A stretch of 64,000 nucleotides of DNA, taken from positions 256,001 to 320,000 of the forward strand of contig CAVUPH010000014.1 in assembly GCA_963743305.1 (NCBI GenBank), read 5' to 3'. The DNA comes from an uncultured delta proteobacterium. GTDB lineage: Bacteria; Desulfobacterota; RBG-13-43-22. The notes beneath the pieces were generated by a model. That model did not search any database and had not been told where the DNA came from. It saw nothing but the letters and a program-made list of their open reading frames with translations. Both the position numbers and the translations under genes were made by a program. Positions 9,502 through 22,800 of the stretch are shown here, piece by piece; within the stretch, counting starts at the first letter, position 1, and every line of letters starts with the position of its first letter.

Positions 9502-10593
9502 ATGGCAAAATCGGTGGTAGCGGTCATCAAGAGTACGCCAGGTCAGGTCCTTTCAGATATCGGAGAACTGATGGATCAGGCCGCCTTCCGCAGTTTACTG
9601 TTGAAGGAGGTCGTCACCATTTTGAAGGACAATATTTCATGGCATTTCCCTTTTCTGAGCGCCAATACCACGCCTTGGCAGCTTGAGGGGGTCATCAGGG
9701 CGCTAAAAAAAGCAGGCTACGAGGAGGTCGTTGCTGTCCACAATAATACGGTTGTTACCAATCCCTATAAAGGCGGGACGTTGAACAGGCTTGGCCCGGT
9801 GTATCGCCGCTATGGAATCAAGGAACTCTACAATTTTCTACCCGCGGATACAAAATGGGTAACCTACCGGCCCAAGACAAAAATGAAGATTCTGGACAAG
9901 CTCTATCCCGAGGGCATCCGTATACCCGACTATTTCATCGGCAAAAACATCATCCACCTTCCTACCGTCAAGACCCACATTTATACCACAACCACGGGCG
10001 CCATGAAAAATGCTTTCGGGGGTCTTTTAAATACAAAAAGGCACTACACCCATAGCTGGATCCACGAGACTCTCGTCGATCTGCTGGCCATTCAGAAGGA
10101 GATCCACACCGGCATATTCGCCGTCATGGATGGAACAATCTGCGGCAACGGTCCGGGTCCTCGGACGATGATCCCCGTCCAGAAGGATTATCTTCTGGCC
10201 AGCGGCGACAGCGTGGCCATTGATGCTGTGGCCGCAAAAATGATGGGTTTTGACCCCATGGGCATTCCCTATATTCGCCTGGCTCACGAAGCGGGTTTGG
10301 GTTGCGGAAAGCCCGAGGAGATTGAAGTGGTCGGAGAGGATGTTTCCCGAGTAAATTTCGGCTTTTCCGTCGGAGACAATATGGCCAGCAAGGTAGGAAA
10401 TTTGTTTTGGTTCGGGGCACTAAAGTCTGTTCAGAAATCCTTTTTCCGGACACCCCTGGTGTATGCCTTCATTTTCGGCTCCTTCCTCTACCATGACTAC
10501 CTGTGGTGGCCGTTCAAGGGCAAACAGATCCAGAAAGGGACGGCCAAAGGGACGAGCTGGGGCAAACTTTTTGGTTCTTACGCCGGCGAATAG
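9502..10593 (+). CDS. DUF362 domain protein
   Basis: LKDNISWH, LPTVKTH...TGAMKNAFG, GNGP, DSVAIDAVAAKMMGFDP. Confidence 0.85.
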   Translation: MAKSVVAVIKSTPGQVLSDIGELMDQAAFRSLLLKEVVTILKDNISWHFPFLSANTTPWQLEGVIRALKKAGYEEVVAVHNNTVVTNPYKGGTLNRLGPVYRRYGIKELYNFLPADTKWVTYRPKTKMKILDKLYPEGIRIPDYFIGKNIIHLPTVKTHIYTTTTGAMKNAFGGLLNTKRHYTHSWIHETLVDLLAIQKEIHTGIFAVMDGTICGNGPGPRTMIPVQKDYLLASGDSVAIDAVAAKMMGFDPMGIPYIRLAHEAGLGCGKPEEIEVVGEDVSRVNFGFSVGDNMASKVGNLFWFGALKSVQKSFFRTPLVYAFIFGSFLYHDYLWWPFKGKQIQKGTAKGTSWGKLFGSYAGE

Positions 10594-10855
10594 AGACGGG
10601 CAATGACTTGGTGGCCTTCTTATAATTGTCAATAATCTTTTCAGAATATCCTTTTATTGTCCGATAAAAAGAGAAAAGGTATTTCGAGCCCCATTCTGCC
10701 CTGCCGTCTGGGTTGAAGGCCTGGGCTCATCGGACCATCAGCTTGTGTAATTTGTTTATTAAAATTCAGCATCTTACCTGCCGACCTGAAGTCAGTAAGA
10801 CCTGTCTCGAATTCAGAAATACCAGCCAAAAATAAACTTTGAGAGTGTACCTACG

Positions 10856-13800
10856 ATGAACCTAAAAAATTCACAACCTGAAAATAAAGGGGTGGTCAAG
10901 CGCTGGATTCCCCGAAAACCGGACGGCCAAAGACAACGGCTACGGCAACCCCGGGTTATACTAGCAGTAGTCGCGTTTCTTCTCTTAAGCCTTCCTTACC
11001 TGGCGGGGGCCACCACGACCATCAACGAACAGTTCAGTCCGGACGTGATCAATCAGGGCGATGCGTCTCTCTATACCATTTCGATCACTAACGATGATAC
11101 GATTAATCTCACCAGTGCCATGGTGACGGTCTTCCTCGACAATACCACAGCCGCCCCCAACACCTCGGGCGGTCACATAACCATCGCCAGCGGGACGGTC
11201 GTCGACAATACCTGCGGTTTTTCTGTGGACAGTGCGGGTGCCGGAACGAGCAAGATCGTGCTGACCGGCGGAACGATTCCTGCGGGCTCGCCGGCCACTC
11301 CCTCGGTCTGCACCTTCTCCCTGGAGGTCACCTCCGTCACATTAAGCACATACCATGCGGTCATCCCGGCTAACACGACCCCGGATGCCACTACTTCCGG
11401 GTATGCGGCCACGGGGAATTCCATTATCGTCCATAACACGACATCCGCCGACATCACCCTGCAAGTGAACGCCCTCTCAGCGCCCACCGGCAACAAGGCC
11501 TTCTCGCCCTCTCCGGCGGTCGCCGGCGATCCGATCACGCTGACCATTACGGTCAGCAATCCCAATGCCACCAGCACGATGCCGCTGACGACCTTCACCG
11601 ACAGCCTGCCTGCAGGCATGGTCGTGGCCGGCACGCCCGGTGCTTCCGTCAACTGCACCGGAGCGGGGGCCGTCAATGGGGCCTTTGCACCCCTGGCCAA
11701 CGATACCTCGCTCACGCTTACTGGCGGAACGATAGGGCAGGGAGGTGCCTGCACCCTCTCCGTCCAGGTGGTTGTTCCGACCATCTCCGGCACTACCCAG
11801 AGCTTCGACAATAGTCTGGGAAGCGGCGCCATCGGAAATAGCCGCGGTCTTACCAGCCCGGCCTTTAATAGGACCCTGACCGTCAATTCTCCCATCAATG
11901 TGACCAAGAGTTTCGCCACGTCTCCGATACCGGCGGGCCAGCCTTCCCGGATGACGATCACTATTACCAACAACAGTACGGTCAATGCCCTGGACATTAC
12001 GCAATTCAACGACCATCTGACCGGCACCACGCTGAAGGTCCTCAATCCCTCCAGTTCCCCGGTTGCCGGCATTACGCCCAGCGTCACTTGCGACGGCACT
12101 GGATCTGTCAACGGCTCACTCACCTACACCGTGGACACACTGGATTCCACCTTGACCCTCACCAACGCCAAAGCCGGTCCCAAATCCGGCGGCACCGGCA
12201 AGTGCATAATCATCGCTGACCTGACCTCCACGGTGGATGGAGCGCATACCAATACCCTCCCTGCCGACGCAGTAGTCAGCACCGGCGGTTACCACAGCCC
12301 CAGTGCCTCCGATACCCTGACGGTCAACGCCCAATTGACGGTGGATAAGACCGTATCGGTGAACCAGGTGGCTCCCGGACAGTGGACGAGGTTCACGGTC
12401 ACCATTTACAATTGGTCCGGCGCCCCCGTCACGAATCTGAGCTTCCGCGACGACCTGCCCTCAAGCGGCGGGAGCCAGATGGTGCTCGACGGCGGCAATC
12501 CGATCTCTTCTTTAGGTTGTACCGGTGGGACCTGGACAGGGGCTCCCGGCGAGGCGACGCTTCAGTGGAGCAACGGGACGGTAGCGGGCGGCTCCGGCAC
12601 CTCGCCGGGGATCTGCACGATCGTCTTTCAGACCAGGCTGCCTATTTCCACCCCAACGGGACTTACCTTCGGCAACCAGATTCCAGCTTGGGATGGCACC
12701 CATGGTGCAGGGGGGGACGGTCCCGGCGGACCCGTAGTCAACCCGGCATCCAGCCCTGCTGCCAACGTATTGAGTGTCGATGCGGTGGCGATCACCAAGA
12801 CCTTTGCCCCGGCCTCCATCGCCCAGGGCGGAATTTCGACCCTGACCCTAACCATCCGCAACCGGGTGGTAACCGGCGGCCTGAGCAATGTGAACCTAAC
12901 CGACAATTTCCCGGCAGGCATCACGCTGGCCGCCAATCCCGCCGCGACCAATAGCTGTAATGGCACACTCCAAGCATTTCCCGGAGACAGCAAACTGATC
13001 TTGACCGACGGCAGCTTAGCCGCGCGGCCCAACGACGGGCAGGAAACGACCTGCACGATTACCGCGAGGGTTACCGGTACGACTGTTGGGACCTACAATA
13101 ACACTATCTCGGGGGCGACGTATGGCCTGGTGCCGACGACGATACCCGACAGCAATACGGCCACGCTGACCATCGCGACCGGTCTATCCGGCGCCAAGTC
13201 CTTCAACCCGACCAGCGTCACTTCAGGCGGCACCTCGCGGGTCACGATTACCGTGACTAACGGCTCCAACGGCGATCTCACCAATGTGTCGGTGGATGAC
13301 AATACCTTCGGCGCAGGCCTGACCGTGGCTAATCCGGCCAATGCCGCCACGAGCTGTCCGGGCTCTCCGACGATGGTCGCCAACCCGGGGGCAACCCGTG
13401 CGCAGTTGCTGGGCGCTACCCTGGCGGCCGGCGCGAGTTGCGATTTTTCATTCGATGCCGAGACCAGCGGCGCCGGTCCCTGGAGCAACACTATCCCCAG
13501 CGGCAAGATCACGAGCGCCGAGGGCCCGGCCAACACCGCGGCCATCTCAGCAGCACTCAGCGCTGTTTCTACCCAGATCAACATCAACAAGTCTTTCAAC
13601 CCGGTCGTTGTGACCGGCGGCGTCCCCTCCACCCTAACCCTGACTCTGACTAACCCTTCCAATACAACCCTGCACGGCATCGGCTTCACCGATGTATTTC
13701 CGACCGGGATCCAGGTATATTCCGTTCCCGCCGTGACTTCAACCTGCCCCGGCGGAAGGGTCACCGCCATCCCCGGTGACGGCCAAGTCAGCCTCGCCGG

Positions 13801-16800
13801 CGCAACCCTGGCCTCCGGCAGTACCTGTGTCGTTACCCTTCAAACGACTTCGGTCAAATTCCTTAACCTGACCAACAATATACCGGCCGGCGCCATCGAG
13901 AGCTTCGAGGGCTATACGAACCCGCTGTTGGTCTCGGCCACGCTTTCGACCCTGCAGGGACTGGGCGTCATGAAGGCCTTCTCGCCGGCCTATGTGACCC
14001 CTGCTACGGTCACAAAACTCAAGATGTGGCTGGTCAGCACCTTTGACCCCAACGCCCCGACCCCCCTGACCCTTACCGGCGTCTCCTATACCGATACCCT
14101 TCCCGCGAATGTTTTTGTATCGGCTGCGCCGGATGCCACCACCACCTGTCCAGGACCCGGTGGCGTCGGAAGCGCCACCATAACCGCGAATCCAGGAGCT
14201 GCCCTTATCACGGTCTCAGATGCCCACATCGTCCCCGGCGCGGTCTGCGAGATTTCGGTTAATGTCGTAGCTCCCGGCTCCATCGGCACCTACACCAATA
14301 TTATCCCGGCCGATGCCATCACCACCCTCCAGGGACCGACGAACAGCGAACCCGCCACCGCCAGGCTCTATGTAGTCAATCAGCCCACGATCAACAAGGC
14401 CTTTAGTCCCAAGGTGGTATCCGTGGGCGGCACAAGCACATTAACTGTCACCATAAACAACGGCGCGGGCATTCCGCTGACCGGTCTCTCCCTTACCGAT
14501 ACTTTACCGGCGGGACTGGCCATTGCAGGCAATCCGGCCGTGGCCACTACATGCTCCAACGGAAGCGTTACCGCTGATCCCGGCAGTGACGCTCTCTCGC
14601 TCAGCGGCGCCGTCGTCCCGGCAAACGGCTCATGCACCTTTTCTGCCAGGGTTGTGGCCAATTCCCCTGGGGTCTTTATCAATAATATCAACGCCGGGGA
14701 GTTGGTCAACAACGAGGGCCTCACCAATAGCGGTCCGGCCAACGACACCCTGACGGCGCGCCTGACGCCCACGGTGAATAAAACCGTTCAACCCGGTCTC
14801 GATCGCCTCCGGCAGCTCCTCGACCCTGACTATAACGGTCGGCAACAGCAATGGCGGGCCGATTACACTTACCGCGCCTCTGGTCGACGCCCTGCCGGGC
14901 AACGTGGTGGTAGCCGATACGCCCAATGCCAGTACTACCTGCGGTCCGGGTACGCTCTCCGCCAGTCCGGGGGACATTTCCCTCAGCTACGCCGGGGATA
15001 TCCCTGATGGCGGCTGCACAATATCCGTCGACGTGACTTCCAGCGTCTGCGGTGTGCATACCAACAGTATAGCGGCGGGACAACTTCAGACCTCTGTCGG
15101 AAACAACCAGGATCCTGCCTTTGCCGACTTGGGGGCTTGTAGCGCGCTCGTCCCCACAATAAGCAAGTCCTTCAGCCCCGGCACGATCCCGGTGAACGGA
15201 ACCTCTACGCTGACCATAACCCTGGCCAACCCGAATGCCTCGGCCTTGACGCTTTCTTCGGATTTTTCCGACAACCTGCCGGGTACCGTGCGGGTGGCGT
15301 CAACGCCCGCGGCCGGGACCACCTGTCCGAACGGCACCGTTACCGCCGTTGCCGATGCGACCGGCATCACCCTCCAACGCGGCAGCGGCCCCTTCACCCA
15401 GATCCCGGCTTCCGGTAGTTGCACCGTCACCGTTAACGTCACCTCGGCGGCGGAAGGCAGTTATACGAATACCATCCTGGTCGGTGACCTGCAGACCGAC
15501 GGCGGCAGCAACAGCCAGCCGGCAATAGCGTCCCTGGTGGTGCAGGCACCCATCCCGCCGACAGTGGATAAATCCTTTACTCCCAATACGATCAACCCCG
15601 GCGGCCTCTCGACGCTGACCATCTCCTTGGGCAACAGCAATGGCGGATCAATAAATCTGACCGCCAATTTCATTGATACGCTTCCTGCCGGAGTGACCGT
15701 GGCCGCTACGCCGAACATCCGCGGCACCTGTACGATCGGCAGTATCACGGCCGGAGCCGGCACCGGTATTATTTCCTACGCGACAGGCGCGTCCATTCCC
15801 TCCGGCGGTTGTACAATCCTGGTGGATGTGACGGCGACCAGCAATGCGGGTTCACCCTATACCAATACCATCCCGGTCGATGCCTTGCAGACCAGTGCGG
15901 GCAACAATGGCGCCTCGGCAACGGATAGCCTCTTCGTGAACCCGCCCCAGCCGCCGTCGGTCAGCAAGTTCTTCTCGGCGCCAAAATTTCTCTCTGCCGA
16001 CACGGTGACGCTCACCCTCGCCCTGGGCAACGGCAATAGTACTGCTGCCACCTTGACAGCCGATCTCGTCGACACGCTGCCCTCGGGTCTTATTATCGCT
16101 ACGCCCAACGGTTTAGTGACCAACTGCGCCGGTACGGTGCTGGCACCGGCCGGAGGCAGTACCCTGACTTACCAGAGCGGCGGCACTATCCCGGGCAACG
16201 GGGGCTGCGCTATCTCGGTGACCCTCAAAGCGGCGGATGGCTTACCCCATCACCTGTTTACCAACACCATTCCCGCCGGGGCCTTACAGACGAACTTCGG
16301 CGACCAATGCCGTCGCCTTCCACCGCCACCGTCCAGGTCCTGGTCCGGCCGACGGTCGCCAAGACCTTTAACCCTTCGACCATCAAGTACAACCAAAATT
16401 CAACCCTGACTCTCACGCTTGGGCAATATCAACGATGTCCCGATCACGCTGACTCAGGACCTGGTCGATACCCTGCCGGCGAACGTCTTCCTGGCCACGC
16501 CGGCGACCATCGGCGGCACCTGTATTAGCACCAATCCCGGCAAAGTAATCGCCGCCAACGGCGGCGGCACAGTCACCTACCAGAGCGGGGCCACCATACC
16601 CGCGGGCGGTTGCACCATCACGGTCCCCGTGACCTCCACCACCATGGGCGATTACACCAATACCCTCAACGTCGACGATCTCAAGACCGATGCCGGGACC
16701 AACCCCGCGCCGGGCTCGGCGCAACTGATCGTGCTGGCCCCGCCGACGTTGAGCAAGGCCTTCTCCCCGACGTACATCATCGCCGGCGCGCCCTCGACCC

Positions 16801-19800
16801 TGACGCTGACGCTCGGCAATCCGAATACGCACGTTTTGACGCTGCAATCGGCCCTTTCCGACAATCTGCCCGGCATCATTAAAGTAGCGAATCCGCCGTC
16901 CGTCGGCGGCACCTGCCCAGGCGCCGTCACCGCGGTTGCGGGCGCGGGGACCATTACCTACGCCAGTGGGGCGACTATCCCGAGCGGAGGATGCACCATC
17001 ACCGTGAATGTGGCCGGCTCAACAGCCGGCTTCTACACCAACACGATTTCGTCCGGAGGGCTCGTCACCGAGGCAGGAATCAATGCCGCGGCTGCCACAG
17101 ACACGCTTACTGTTGCCTCACCCTCTATGACCAAAGTCGATCACCAGCGTGAGTCCCGGTCCGAATTCGCCTAATGCCACGGTCGGAGATACGGTAACCT
17201 ATTCCATCCAGGTGACCCTCCCGGAGGTGAGCGCCCCGGGGCTGGTCTTGACCGACACGCTTCCGGCGGGATATCAGTATGTCAACGGATCGGTGAGCGT
17301 CGTGTTGGGCTCGTTCAACGGTACGGTGACGCCGACGCCGACGGTGACACCTTCCGGCTTCGCCCACTCGGGGCAGACCGTAACCATCGATTTCGGTGAC
17401 GTTACGGTAAACACCGATGGCAACTCTTCGAATAACACCTTCGGCGTCACCCTCCAGGCATTGGTAATCGATGATTCCGCCAACGCCGCCCTCGCTTCGG
17501 CCCAGACCAAGCCCAATAGCGTCAGCCTGAACTACACCGGGAAGCCGGCGGGTGCGATCTCCGCGTCGGTGAACCAACCAATTCAGGAGCCACGGCTGAC
17601 CATCACCAAGGGCATGGCCCCGGCCAGCCCTGACGCCGGAACTACCGTAACCGTGACCCTGACCGTCAACAACACCGGCACCGCACCGGCCTATGGCGTT
17701 GTCGTCACCGACGACCTCTCCGCCATGACCCCGGAATCGCCCTTCGATCTGGCTACCGTAGCGGAACTTTCCACCCCTGCGGGTTTTACCTACAGTTTTG
17801 CCGCCAATACCGTTTCCTATACCGCCAACGCCTCCCAGACGATTGCCGCGGGGGGCTCCAAGGTGTTTACCTTTACGGCGATCGTAAAAAACACGGTCGT
17901 GACCGGTATTACCTACACCAACAATGTCTCGGTCACCGGCGACGGACAGGACGGGGCGGTAAACCCCCAGCGCGTCACTTCCCAGAACAACAGCGCCACG
18001 CTTTCTTCGGCGGCCTCTTCGGTGAGCAAGGTACTGACCACCACCTCGGAGACTGATACCGGCAACCCCAATGTGGCGGTCGGCGAGGTCGTCACTTGGA
18101 CCGCGACCTTTACCATCCCCGAGGGTGTGACCAAAAATGTGATCTTGGCCGATGTCCTGCCTGCAGGATTGACCTATCTGACCGGCTCGGCCACGCTGCA
18201 GAAGACCACGGCCAGCCTGTTCTGTTCGGATGGCGGGCCAATTGCAGCTGCCATCAATGGCGCCGTCGCCAATACCCCCGTTGCCGTGACCATGAGCGGA
18301 TCGACCGGGGAGATCCAGGTGGCCCTCGGCGACGTGACGAACTCGGCCAATGATCCGGCCAATGAGCAATACATCCTCGTCCTGCAGTCGGTCGTCGAGA
18401 ACAGCGCCGGGAACAACGCCGGCACCGTCCTCACTAACCTGGGAAGGCTTCGCTACGATAACTATACCGGCAACCAGCAGACCGTCACATCGACCAACCA
18501 GAACGTCACCGTCGTGGAACCCGCGATCACCATCAACAAGACTGTGAACCCCGCCGCCGCGGGTGGTGGCGACACCGTTACCTACACCCTCGTAGTAACG
18601 AACACCGGCGGGGCAAACCGCGCGCCGGCCTACGACCTGGTCATTACCGATCTGCTGCCGGCCGATCTGAACACACCGGCCATCGCCTGCCCCGGGGCGG
18701 GTTGCAACGCCGGCGCGACCGGCGCGACCCTGACCGCATCCTTTGGCGGCGAACACCCTGAATGCCACCATCGACCAACTCGATCCTGGTGAAGTGGCAA
18801 CCTTCACCTATACGGCGAAGCTCAATGATTCTGTTGCCGTACGGCAAATCCATTACCAATACCGCTACCTATACGGCTACAAGCCTGCCCGGCACCAACG
18901 GCACAGGCGGGGTGACCCCCGGCACGGCCGGCAGCGGGACGGGAGAAAGGACCGGGACGGGCGGCCTAAACGACCTTGACCGGCTCCGACCCGGCGACGG
19001 TTACCGTCAATACGCCGACAATCTCTAAATCCGTTGTCGGCCTCAAGAGCTACTACGCCATCGGCGAGGCCGCCACCTACCGCGTTACCCTGCCAGTCCC
19101 GGTGGGAACATCCACCAATTTTACCCTAAGCGATACCATCCCGGCGAACCTCGCCTACCAAAGCGGCTCCCTGAATGTTACGCTCCCTACCGGGGCCACA
19201 GCGAGCAACAGTCCGCTGGCCGACACCAACCCCGCCTTCTTTACCCTCGCCGGAAATGTCCTGACGCTGCACTTCGGCACACTCACTGCGCCCACGGCGG
19301 GCAATGTGACGGTCGATTTCAATGCCGTTGTCCAGAATGTGATTGCCTCCCAGGACGGCACGACCTTTACCAATTCCGCCACCCTTGCCTTTGACAACCC
19401 CGCCGGCGGCACGATCACGGTCGGCCCGGTAACGAACAACCAGGTGCGGGTAGGCGAGCCGAACCTTACCCTGGCCAAGGCCATAAGCGCTGGATCGGCC
19501 GGTTCAGACGCCGGCAACACCGTCTCGTGGCGTATCGACCTCCAAAACACCGGCCACACCACGGCCTATCAGGTCAACTGGAGCGATGTGCTGCCGGATG
19601 GTCTGTATCAGATCACCAATGTGGGGCTTTCGATCAGCGGTCAGGTCTACCTGAACGGGACTACGACCGCGCCGGTGGTGGGCGATGCTACGGTGAGCAC
19701 CACCACGCACACCCATGACACCTTAACGCTCAACCCGGTGCAGATCGATACGGGCGCGTCGCTGACCCTCACCTTTGATACCGTCGTAATGGATACGGTC

Positions 19801-22800
19801 AGCCCCGGTCAGGTCACCAACAACACTACTGCCGCCACTTACACCAGCCTGGTGAACGGCGGCAGAGACGGCTCCGGCGGCGGAGACGATGATGTCAATG
19901 ACCGCCTGAATAACTACCGAGAATCGGCGAGCCAAGCCCTGACCATTTCCTCAGCCATTGCGGTCAACAAGACCGTCTCTCCCGACAAATACACTATCGG
20001 ACAGGACCTGACCTATACCATTCGAGTCAGCATGATCGAAGGCACGATCCCGAACCTGGTGGTTACGGATACGCTCCCTGCCGGACTGACCTACCAGAGC
20101 CATTCCCTATCGGTCGGCCATATGGGAATTACTATTGGAAACGGTTCGTATAACACCCGCCTCGGGTCCGGGCAGACGGTCCAGTTCGACTTCGGGACGG
20201 TGACCAACCCGGCCAACGGCTCCGCTTCCGATGACTATATCGATCTGCAGATCACGGCCCGGGTCGACAACCTCTTGGCCAATCAAAACAACACGGTCCT
20301 TCGGAATGGTGAGCAGGCCGCGGGTTCATTGCTTACGGTCCAGTACGGCAGCGGCCCGATAACGGTGACCTACGACCACGACGCCGGCACCCCGGGGGTC
20401 CAGGGCCTGCCCATAACGGTTATTGAACCGGCCCTGAGCCTTTCGAAGGTTTCAACGCCGCTGACACAGAGCCTCGGCGACGTGGTGACTTATACCGTGA
20501 CGGTCCAGCACACCGGCGCCAGCACGGCCGATGCCTTTGAGATCGTGATCGACGATCTCCTTCCGGTTGGGTTGACCTACGTCCCCGGCTCGGCCTCCCT
20601 ACCGGGCTCGGATGTAACCGTGGCGGGCCAGAGTCTGCAGTTCCGGTATGCCTCCCTAACCTTGGTTGAAGGCAGCAAGTCTTTCACCTATCAGGCCAGA
20701 ATCAATATCAGCGCTCCGGTGGGCCAGACCCTGACCAATAACGCGACCATGACCTGGAAGAGCCTGACCGGTTCCGACGGTACCGCGCACAGCGGCCGGA
20801 CCGGCAGCGACGGCGCGAGCGGGCTCAATGACTATCAAATGACGGCTGCCGCCAATGTGACGGTCAATGAAGCCGCGATCATCAGCGCCGTTAAGACCGT
20901 AACCGACCTCAACGGCGGGATTTTGCTCTCCGGGGAGACCCTGGAGTACACCATAGTCTTAACCGACAACAACGGACCGCTGACGAATGTGGTCTTTACC
21001 GATTCGCTGCCGGGTAATACCGCTTATCTCGGCAATCTTACGACCACCAAAGGAACGGCCAACTTCGGCGGCAACGCGGTGACCGTCACTGTCGGGTCTA
21101 TGGCCCCCGCCGAAACCGTGACGATCCGGTTCCGCGTTACGGTGAACGACGACCTGCCCGACGGGACGGTGATCTCCAACCAGGGCCGCGTGGACTCCGA
21201 CCAGACCGTGCCGACACCGACCGATGCGGACGGGATTCCGGAAAATGGCTATCAGCCCACGACGATTGTGGTCAGCGGACCGCCGGCGCTGCAAAACGCA
21301 CTTTATGTAGAGAAGATTGTTTCCTGGGTCAATGATGCCGACTCCAGCGGAAGTATCACGCCCGGGGACCGGATGCGCTATACCCTGATCTTCCACAACC
21401 TTGGACAACAGACGCTGACCAACGTCGGTCTGAGCGACACGATACCGGCCAACCTCGCCTACGTGGGGGGCAGCGCAGCCGCCGGCAGCGGGAGCCTAAC
21501 CGTTGTCGGTGCAGCGGTATCGGTCAGCGGCCTTACGCTTCCGGTGTCGGGCATATCCACCGCCCAGTTTGATGTTACGGTAGGAGCTGCCGGGACCTAC
21601 ACCAACCAGGGCACGGCTACCTCGGATCAGACCGGCAGCCTGAAGACCGACAGCAACGGGGACCCCACCGACGGCAACCAGCCGACCACCTTCATCGCCG
21701 TGGCCTCAGGCGGAGGGACGCCCCTGGTCGACGTGCAAAAACGCTGGCAGCTCGCGGTCGATCTTAACGGTGACGGCCTGATGAATCCTGGCGATACCAT
21801 CGGCTACACGATCACTGTTCGAAATACGGGCTCGGCCGCCGCCACGAATGTCCGGCTGGCCGATTCCATACCGGCCTTCACGACAGTCGTAGCCGGATCG
21901 GCCCTGACCAGCCAGGGCGTTATCCTTAGCGAAATCCCGTTAGGCGTCAATATCGGCACCGTGAACCCCGGAGGACTCGTAACGGTCTCTTTTGCGGCAA
22001 CGGTGGACAGCGGCTCACCTGCCTGCACAATCATCGCCAACCAGGCGACGGTAACGGGCGGGAACTTCTCGTCCCTGGCGAGCGACGACAACGGTGACCC
22101 CGGTGACGGATTAAACCCAACCCTCACCCCCGTGGCTTGCTCGTCCGTAGGCCTGGCAAAAGTCCTCTCGACCACGAGTGAGTCTGGAAGCTCAGGCAGC
22201 AACCTCATGATCGGGGAGGTGGCCACCTACCAGATCACCTTAGACCTCCCCGCCGGAATAACGCGGGAGGTGACCCTGAACGACACGCTCCCGGCCGGCA
22301 TGAGCTATCTGCCCGCCAGCGCCCGCCTCAAGCGGATTTTGGATACCGGACTAGAGGCTTCGGCTAATCCCGGGAATATCAACGCCGCCGCCGCCGGCGC
22401 GTTCATGGCCCTCACGGACGGTACGGAGATAGCGGTGAGCGGCCAGACGATCAGCCTTTACCTGGGCGATGTCATCAATTCCGATAACGACGCCAATGCC
22501 GAAGGCTATACCCTGGAGCTGAAGGCCCTGGTGCTCAATACGGGCGGCAACCAGGCGGGCACAGCGCTGATCAACCAGGGCGGAGCAAGCTATCGCAACG
22601 GTCTGTTGCAGCTCCAGAACCTTACGCCCGCAAGCCAGACGAGCACGGTCATCGAACCCCATGTCCAGATTACCAAGACAGCCACGCCTCCGGTCATCGC
22701 CACCGGCGGCGGGACTGTCGCCTTTGCGGTCATTGTAAGCAATCCGGCCGGTGCGAATGTGGCCGCCGGCTACGATTTGCGCATCACCGATGCACTTCCG

